From Vitrella brassicaformis CCMP3155 (lineage: Eukaryota > Protista > Chromerida): DNA of 7,939 nt. Numbering within the stretch: position 1 is the first letter of the stretch; each line of letters opens with the position of its first letter. Below, piece after piece: positions 1 to 6,488 of the stretch. A model generated the notes under the pieces. It was not told the DNA's origin. It ran no database searches and saw nothing but the letters and a program-made list of their open reading frames with translations. The DNA lies in the NCBI GenBank assembly GCA_001179505.1, contig CDMY01000962.1:1-7939 (forward strand), read 5' to 3'. The position numbers and the translations under genes were made by a program.

Positions 1-182
1 ACGATCGCCAACAGAGATAGATGAGAGAGAAGTCGGCCGGTACATAAGGCATTTCTGCCGCGCATGGAACAAGTAAGTGAGTGCATGAAATGCAGCATGG
101 ATGTGACGTGCGTGTGGATGATGCAATACACGAGACAGTCGACTGACAGTGAAAGACAGATCGGGACGCACAGTCACAGCAC

Positions 183-218
183 AAAAGTGTTGCCTGGTCG
201 GAAAAGTGTTGCCTGGTC
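183..218. repeat. 17-bp direct repeat AAAAGTGTTGCCTGGTC (183-199 and 202-218) at the RT truncation point
   Basis: Two identical copies with period 19, read directly from the sequence. Confidence 0.95.
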
Positions 219-792
219 TGATGCTGGCTGATCCATGTCAATGGACAGGTCGACACGCAAAGGCAGAGGAGTAGAGACAGGCTTGGTAGAGGCAAGGCCA
301 AAACGGGCAGCCAGTTTGTCGATGTAAGACGACAGACTGATGCGCAAAATGCCATCAGAGTAAGTGATGTCGAGGCCCAAAAAGCAGCCATATCGACGCT
401 CTATTCTGAACACAGATCCGAAGTCACGCTCAAATGCGTCCATTGCCTCCTCTGTGCCGGCCACACGCATGTCATCCACAAAACGAGCAACGACGGTACC
501 ATTCGATGGATGTACGTACAGACAGGGCTCTACGAGTGAGGGTATGTAACCTAATTCACGGAGCTTAGCATCACAATGCACATGCCACGCACGCGGAGCA
601 TTCGACAGACCATACAGGGCTCTCTGCAGCTTCCAACACTTGCCTGCCTTGCCAAAACCAGGGGGCATTCGTACATACACAGGTGTATGTAAAGGAGAGT
701 TCAAAAACGCTGTCTCGACATCATACTGACGTGTGTCATAGCCACGCTGCACGGCATGCACAAAGAACATACGCATGACATCGAAAGAGAGA
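183..792 (-). pseudogene. pol: Copia reverse transcriptase core fragment (RVT_2-type), truncated at both ends
   Basis: Motifs QYDVETAFLN, VYVRMPPGF, WKLQRALYGLSNAPRAW, EPCLY, FVDD (codons at 483-472; YVDD variant), FLGLDI, KPVSTPL. The frame ends DQATLFR and then runs into a duplication and unrelated DNA. The 5' part is lost in the gap. Confidence 0.93.
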
Positions 793-1092
793 NNNNNNNN
801 NNNNNNNNNNNNNNNNNNNNNNNNNNNNNNNNNNNNNNNNNNNNNNNNNNNNNNNNNNNNNNNNNNNNNNNNNNNNNNNNNNNNNNNNNNNNNNNNNNNN
901 NNNNNNNNNNNNNNNNNNNNNNNNNNNNNNNNNNNNNNNNNNNNNNNNNNNNNNNNNNNNNNNNNNNNNNNNNNNNNNNNNNNNNNNNNNNNNNNNNNNN
1001 NNNNNNNNNNNNNNNNNNNNNNNNNNNNNNNNNNNNNNNNNNNNNNNNNNNNNNNNNNNNNNNNNNNNNNNNNNNNNNNNNNNNNNNNNNNN
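793..1092. other. Assembly gap (300 N)
   Basis: Run of exactly 300 N, the same length as the second gap, so probably a placeholder size. Confidence 0.98.
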
Positions 1093-1229
1093 GCAACACA
1101 CATAGACACAACACAACAGAGAGGTGACACGCGTGAGTGAGCATCGGTACGTACGTATGCACCACACACGAAATGAATTCACACACACATTCACACACAT
1201 ACATACATGTAGGCTGTCTGTCTATCTAC
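1093..1229 (-). other. Intron-like sequence directly after the pol reading frame
   Basis: Minus strand starts GG|GTAGAT and has GT/AC microsatellite composition. It carries a GCTCAC branch-like motif (1142-1137) and a TGTTGTGTTGTG...TGTTGC tract ending at the gap. The architecture matches the host intron at 6416-6488, but the terminal AG is not visible. Confidence 0.5.
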
Positions 1230-2521
1230 CCGCGATATTTCCCTTTCCCCTTCTGACCGACCAGGCCATTCATGTACTTCTGCATGAGGGTCTGGTACTC
1301 CTCAGTGGCCCACACACGCTTGACGGTCTCGGTCCCAGGCAGCGATGGTATCCGCCAGCGAATGAAGTCCTCCAAAGTCATGCGCGTGACCATCTCGGGG
1401 TCGAGAGTGGCCGTCTCGAGTGAGCCGACGTGGTAGTCCTTGTAGCGGTCCTCAGGGAAGTGAACGTGCCGGCCTGCTCGTGTCGTCGTGCCCTGTGGCT
1501 GAGCTGCCTGCTCAGCTGGGGGCTGAGCTGCAGGTGCTGGTGGGTCAGCTGCCATTGCTGGTGCCGCTGCAGGGGGCTCGTTGGCATGCTGCTGCTGTGC
1601 GGGTGGCGGCGCCGGGATCGCTGGTGCGGGTGCAGGTGCGTCATGATGCTGCTGCTGCTGCTGTTGTAGTGGTGGTGGTGGTGCCGCCTCGTCGTCCAGG
1701 TGGCCCGCACCGTCATGCTGCTGGTCAGCGACGTCGCCATTGCCTGGGTCCTGCTGTTCATCATGCTGTTGCGGATCGGCCGCGCCATGGTCGTGTTGGT
1801 CTGCACCTTCCTGCTCTTGTTGCTGAGGTTGCTCCCCTTCTGAGCCGTCGTTCTCGGATGCAGCCGCAGCGGGCAGAGGGGCTGCTGGTGCTGGTGGTTG
1901 AGGTGCTGGTGCTGGCGGCTGTGGTGGAGGCACATTTTGCTGGATGAGTGGCGGTGCAGCAGGATGCGGTTGAGCGAAGTAGCCGTGCGGTGGGCAGGGA
2001 GGTGGTCTTGGTTGTGGTGGTGTCGGCACGGCAGTAGTGGCAGGGAAGGGCGCCGCGGTTGTGGTCGTCTTGCTCGCCGTCTTGAGAGGGAAGACCGACT
2101 CGTAAACCGACACATCACGTGACTCAACTACCACCGAACGATCAGGGATGAACACACAGTGCACGTCCTTTGTGTTCTCCTTCCTGCCCAGGTACACCCC
2201 CTTCTCAGCCTTGAAATCAAATGGATGACGGCGAGGACCCTCAGGTGCCTTGCGTTGGTGGACGTAGGCGAGCGCACCAAAGGCATGGATGTCCTTGTAG
2301 TCGGGCTTGACACCACGAAGGGCTTCGATGGGGGTCATCAGACGCTCACGAGACAAGGCAGCATGCGGCATACGGTTCCTCAGGTAGGTCGCCCACTTGA
2401 CGGCGTACGGCCACAGCAAGTCGCGAAACGCCCACAGTCCGCTCTGGTGCAGCAGCTTTCTCGACATGTCCACGATGATGCCTATGGAGCGCTCGACGAT
2501 GCCATTCTGGTGCTGATGGTG
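1226..2521 (-). pseudogene. pol: Copia pol fragment (copy 1): integrase core C-terminus, SH3-like domain, Pro/Gln/Ala linker, possible RT N-terminus
   Basis: QNGIVERSI (catalytic E), LWPYAVKWATYLRNRMP, FGALAYVH, KGVYLG...SRDVSVYESVFP (copia SH3-like), P.RY.DY-like FPEDRYKDY. The frame is open from the gap to TAG at 1228-1226. Confidence 0.9.
1490..2090 (-). repeat. Low-complexity CAG/CCA/GCA-rich linker (polyQ, PAP repeats) between IN and RT
   Basis: Translation includes PPPPLQQQQQQHHDAPAPAPAIPAPPPAQQQH and PPPQPPAPAPQPPAPAAP. The plus strand has (TGC)n and (TGG)n runs at ~1645-1685. Confidence 0.8.
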
Positions 2522-2821
2522 NNNNNNNNNNNNNNNNNNNNNNNNNNNNNNNNNNNNNNNNNNNNNNNNNNNNNNNNNNNNNNNNNNNNNNNNNNNNNNN
2601 NNNNNNNNNNNNNNNNNNNNNNNNNNNNNNNNNNNNNNNNNNNNNNNNNNNNNNNNNNNNNNNNNNNNNNNNNNNNNNNNNNNNNNNNNNNNNNNNNNNN
2701 NNNNNNNNNNNNNNNNNNNNNNNNNNNNNNNNNNNNNNNNNNNNNNNNNNNNNNNNNNNNNNNNNNNNNNNNNNNNNNNNNNNNNNNNNNNNNNNNNNNN
2801 NNNNNNNNNNNNNNNNNNNNN
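2522..2821. other. Assembly gap (300 N)
   Basis: Run of exactly 300 N. Confidence 0.98.
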
Positions 2822-2948
2822 TCGCATTCCTCTCGCCATAGCACCAGATCACCGAAGGGCTCCCCATACTTACCTTCCAAGCAGCACGAACCAAAGAAAC
2901 TCATCACACACATGACGGATCTGTGTTGTTCGCGTGTTGTCTGCTCAC

Positions 2949-3116
2949 CACTGCAATGATGCCTCCGTGCATGCGCCCCATGGTGGTGTTGTTGATGCCG
3001 TCCATCGACTTGCGGTTGGTCCTCTTGCAGAAGGCGTCACAGCTCTGCTGGACGTTTGTGCTGGCCCCGCACTGCGTCGTTTTCCACCAAGGCGTATCGC
3101 CGCCCTGTCACTGCTC
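2949..3116 (-). pseudogene. Non-retroviral exon (56 codons, one internal TGA), weakly KDZ-transposase-like
   Basis: Flanked by TGTGTGCAG| acceptor (3117) and |GTGAGC donor (2948). The strongly C/G-ending codon frame reads EQ*QGGDTPWWKTTQCGASTNVQQSCDAFCKRTNRKSMDGINNTTMGRMHGGIIAV. This frame is not in the ORF track. The family assignment is only a recalled motif resemblance. Confidence 0.55.
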
Positions 3117-3180
3117 CTGCACACACACATCCACCACGCACGATGCATGTGCACGCACTCATGTGTCCACATGTGTTTAC
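3117..3180 (-). other. Spliceosomal intron, 64 nt (76 nt if the acceptor at 3105 is used)
   Basis: GAG|GTAAAC ... GTGTGTGTGCAG|GAG. It is a phase-0 join between two GC3-rich coding segments. Confidence 0.6.
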
Positions 3181-3243
3181 CTCTGGCATCGCCGTCAGGT
3201 GCTTCTCCCGTGGCGCCTTGATGAGCAAGTGCTCCGTCACAGG
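3181..3243 (-). CDS. Short non-retroviral exon segment (PVTEHLLIKAPREKHLTAMPE) in frame with the truncated integrase
   Basis: Similarity to integrase copy 1 stops at YVHQ (~3245). The following 21 codons are GC3-rich and end at a GT donor. Confidence 0.45.
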
Positions 3244-3244
3244 C

Positions 3245-4900
3245 TGATGGACGTAGGCCAGCGCACCAAACGCATGGATGTCCTTGTAGTCGGACTTGAC
3301 ACCACGCAGGGCTTCGATGGGGGTCATCAGACGCTCACGGGACAAGGCAGCATGCGGCATACGGTTCCTCAGGTAGGTCGCCCACTTGACGGCGTACGGC
3401 CACAGGGAGTCGCGAAACGCCCACAGTCCGCTCTGGTGCAGCAGCTTTCTCGACATGTCCACGATGATGCCTATGGAGCGCTCGACGATGCCATTCTGGT
3501 GCTGATGGTGCGCGGCGCTGAACTCCTGCTTGATGTTGAGGTCGGTGCACGTTGAGCAGAACAGACGAGAGTGGAACTCGCCTCCGTTGTCGGTGCGAAG
3601 ACGGTGGATGTCGTGGCCGTATTCGATGCGGAAGAGCTTGAGTGCGCGGGAGACGGTGTTGGCGGAGTGGTCGGACAGCACGTAGACGAATGCGGCACGA
3701 GTGAAGACGCAGACGAAGAGCATGAAGCAGGTGAATCTCGAGACCAAGTTGCCGATGATGCTGGTCTTGACGGGCTTGATGTCTGCCGTGACGAGGTCGC
3801 CGATGAAGTCAGCCTTGATGGGCTCTCCCTCCTTGGGCACTTCGCGCATCGCGCCGAGTTTGCAGCTGTCGCATGGGGGCAGGTTGTCGGGCACCTTGAC
3901 GTTCTCGTTCTCTGTCCATTCGCTCATGCGTGAGAGGGCCTTGGCAGACGCATGGCTCTTGTTGTGCCAGTAGTTGTAGTTCTGCTCGCACGAGTCGACC
4001 GCCAACACACACTGATCCACCCTGACAGCAGCAGACTGACACACACTGGTTAGCCCTGGGGCATCACCCGTGTTTGTGTGTCTGTCTGTCGCCACCTGCC
4101 CGTCATTCTGACCTGAATGTGGGCCGGGGCGAGCACATGGTGCTGCTTTGAAGGGGGCCCCGGACCCCATGCTTTGTTGTACGGGGCTCAATTGTCCACC
4201 ACCATTGTCCATCCGTCCCGTGTGCATGGCCATGTCCGTCCCCACGTGCACAAAATTGATGAAGTGCAGCTTGCCGCACCTCGAGAGGGGGATGCTCACA
4301 CCAGTGCTCTCGTGGATGAAGTGCGGGGCGATTTTGTGGCTCAGGCAGACACCGTATCCATGCAGGTTGATGTCGTCAGTCGCGAGCACGTTGTACTTGA
4401 GATCAGGCACGACAGCGACGTTGCCGATCATGAGGGTGACGGGGCCAGATGTGCTCTGCATGGTGAGGGGAAGGGTGCCGACGGCCTTGATGGGCATGAG
4501 ATCGTTGGATGCTGTCCTGATCATCTCGGGCACGGCAAGGGGCGAGATGTTGACCAGGTGTTTGCCGTCCCTCACGGCACTGTTGGTGGCGCCGCAGTCG
4601 ACGAGCATGCTGCTCTGCAGGTCGATGGAGTAGAGCTCAGACACGATGGGCTGAACGGTGATGATGCGCTGAGTGATGAGACACCACGAGTCGCGGTCGA
4701 TGTGATGCTGCTCCACAGTCACTGGCTGTGCCGTCCCTCCGTTGCCGCGGTGGCCCCTGTCGTTGCGTCGGTTGTTCATCTGGCAGCCGTTGCCTGCGCT
4801 GCGGTTGTTGGTGCCCCTGTCTTTCCTTGGCTCCCACATCAGCGCCCTGCTGTCGCCGTTGCGCAGCTTGTTGATGCGGTCGTCGCAGTAACGCCATCCA
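3245..4900 (-). CDS. pol: Copia pol (copy 2): aspartic protease, GAG-pre-integrase/HHCC and integrase core; truncated before SH3/RT
   Basis: MLVDCGATN (catalytic D at 4599-4597); VAVVPDLKYNVL; WHNKSH...CDSC; LVTADI; RTDNGGEF (D at 3591-3589) with exactly 35 residues to E in QNGIVE (3483-3481). No stops or frameshifts over ~1.6 kb. Confidence 0.93.
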
Positions 4901-5833
4901 CCATACCGATGCGTTTCATCCGCTCCTTGTCCAGATGCTCGTGAGGCAGGGACTGCTGGTGGTGGTGCTGCTGGGTGAAGATGTGAGGGTAAGTGGGGTA
5001 AGAGGGAGAAGGCTGGTGGTGCGTGGGCATGTGCTGGGGTGGGCTGCTCTGCATCTGTGGTGCCAATGTGGTGCCATGGGAGGCATGGGTGGCTGCACGG
5101 GATAGCTGCCCTGTGACGGGAAGAGTGGAGGGGCGGGCGATTGGGTGTTGTGCATCATGGCCATGATGTCTTGCTGTGGGCTCGTCGATGTGGTCGACTG
5201 GCGGAGGTGGGTGGCCCCCCAGTTGCGCAGACGGTCCTTGATGGCGTCCAGCCCCAAGTTCTCGCTGAGGATGTTCTCCTTCAGGATGCTGAGGCCCGTC
5301 TCAGTGGTGGGGATGGAGTCAGTCAGGTAGGCCTGCTGATCCAGCTGTGAGAGCTCCTCGCCCATGCACACTCGATACTGATTCACCAGGCTCTCGAAGC
5401 GCAGGATCTCCGTCTCCGGCTCGAGGGTCTGCCAGGCGAATGAACGGAGCTGCTGAGCCAGCATCGTGCCCATCTGGTCTTGTTGCGCAGGTAGCAGTTG
5501 CGAAGATGCCACCACGCGTAGGCGCCATTGCCCTCCTCTGTGTCGCCCATCTGCTGCAGGTAAGTGGCCGCTCTTCCTTTGCAGACGCCCACGAGGATAC
5601 GCCACAGTCCCTGTGCGGCCTTCCATTTGTTTTTCGCTTCGTCAGACGCATCTTGTGCCGTCGCATTCGCTCGCAGAGTCGCCTTGGTGAGGTTGACAGC
5701 CTCCTGCTCAGCATAGGAAGAGAGCAGCCGCCTGACCTTCCAGGTCCAGCTCAGATACGCGTGAGAGTCGCCGTCCAGCTCGGGAACTGTGACGCTGGTC
5801 GTCGATGGTGATCTCAAAGCCTCGGCCCGCCAT
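4900..5833 (-). pseudogene. gag: Copia gag (UBN2-like capsid region), frameshifted
   Basis: ATG at 5833 (MAGRGFEITIDDQ). Then VPELDGDSHAYLSW...GAYAWWHLRNCY in a second frame, a copia gag PxLDGxxYxxW pattern. Then MLAQQLRSF...ILRFESLVNQY...AYLTDSIP...AIKDRLR back in the first frame. Frame switches are inferred near 5795, 5490 and within 5157-4900. Confidence 0.8.
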
Positions 5834-5904
5834 AGCCTCAGTGCAGAGTCAACAGAGGACAGTCTGAACAAGCAGCAGTAGCCTTGCTTCAGCAGAGAAA
5901 CCTT

Positions 5905-5917
5905 CTTGCTGCGCCCA
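5905..5917 (-). promoter_or_regulatory. Candidate primer-binding site TGGGCGCAGCAAG
   Basis: Begins with TGG immediately after ...CTTCAACA (typical copia LTR end) and lies 72 nt upstream of the gag ATG. It resembles the complement of the tRNA-iMet anticodon arm. Confidence 0.6.
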
Positions 5918-6144
5918 TGTTGAAGTTGCTGTGTGCCGAACACACACCGTGGTCAGAAGGATCAATCTCTGCCGTACAAGCCTTTACGCAAGGCACGCAA
6001 CGCACGAGTCCATCATGGGCATGGCCAGCCCGCCAAGCAACACACGCACGAGAGCCGCCAACGCTCACCGAAGATGCACGAAATAGAGAGATATCTATTT
6101 CAAAAACCCTGCTATCAAAACCCTGCTATCAAAACCAAACAACA
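5918..6144 (-). repeat. Candidate 5' LTR (227 bp, TGTTG...CAACA termini)
   Basis: The inner end at 5918 is supported by the PBS. The outer end is chosen from the 5-bp terminal inverted repeat, the AT-richer composition and U3-like tandem repeats. No second LTR is in the window to confirm it, and other CAACA ends exist (6042, 6347, 7633, 7917). Confidence 0.5.
6103..6136 (+). repeat. 14-bp tandem repeat AAAACCCTGCTATC x2 plus a partial copy
   Basis: Copies at 6103-6116, 6117-6130 and partial 6131-6136. Confidence 0.9.
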
Positions 6145-6193
6145 GGTGCCAGAGGGGCGGCTCTACCCCAGCTCACACGCAGCGGACGGCACC

Positions 6194-6415
6194 ATGTGCG
6201 ACCGCGCTTCTCAAGAGGACAGAGAGCTTCTTGCCGCCGCCATAGCCATAGCCATAGCGGCCAACCAGCTGACCGACATGGACTCACCCGACATGCTGCG
6301 CATCCCTAAGAATGAGGCCCAGGAAGGGAAGAACTACCTGGACAACAGCGGGCGCATCACCAACTCCGAGAACTTCAAAACGTGGGCCAAGAACGTCAAG
6401 GAAAGACAGGATCTG
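6194..6415 (+). CDS. Exon 1 of a host gene, uncharacterised membrane protein (~225 aa total)
   Basis: ACC ATG start, GC3-rich codons, 74 aa (MCDRASQEDRELLAAAIAIAIAANQ...KNVKERQDL), ending at CTG|GTGAG. An upstream in-frame ATG exists at 6074. Confidence 0.7.
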
Positions 6416-6488
6416 GTGAGGACAGAGGGAGTGGGTGACATGGGTGGGACAGGGCGACGCTCACCGTTGTGTTGTTGCTTGTATGCAG
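6416..6488 (+). other. Spliceosomal intron (73 nt, phase 0)
   Basis: GTGAG donor, GCTCAC branch-like motif (6459-6464), GTTGTGTTGTTG tract and TGCAG acceptor. Splicing joins the 5933 and 6435 ORF frames exactly in register. Confidence 0.8.

Larger units (their letters stand above)
183..6144 (-). mobile_element. Composite, decayed Ty1/copia LTR-retrotransposon cluster (at least two copies; 3' end, RNase H and 3' LTR absent)
   Basis: Domain order on the minus strand is gag-PR-IN-(linker)-RT, and integrase upstream of RT is diagnostic of Ty1/copia. Candidate LTR and PBS lie upstream. It contains a duplicated integrase segment, frameshifts, foreign exons and two N gaps. Confidence 0.92.

Noticed and set aside
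1-54. KCLMYRPT after an acceptor-like site as a spliced continuation of RT (GSLMY-like)
   Set aside because: Only three residues match, there is no TRPDI motif, and the frame is incompatible unless the duplication is treated ad hoc.
183-218. Short direct repeats here and at 6103-6136 as CRISPR-like arrays
   Set aside because: Only two copies, no spacers, and a eukaryotic context.
701-1204. ORFs spanning the N runs, including the MCGAYV and MARGMR starts
   Set aside because: Artefacts of translating through gaps; the flanks are low-complexity intron-like DNA.
3108-3110. In-frame TGA as selenocysteine
   Set aside because: No redox-motif context and no visible SECIS. A nonsense mutation or the alternative acceptor at 3105 is simpler.
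4117-4944. Long plus-strand ORFs opposite pol (also 1420-1947, 2159-2959, 2923-3555, 3571-3933)
   Set aside because: These are antisense shadows of GC3-rich coding sequence with no recognisable motifs.
5889-5918. Short upstream ORF from the ATG overlapping the LTR/PBS (MGAARRFLC*)
   Set aside because: Only nine codons, and the ATG is explained by the LTR-end/PBS sequence.
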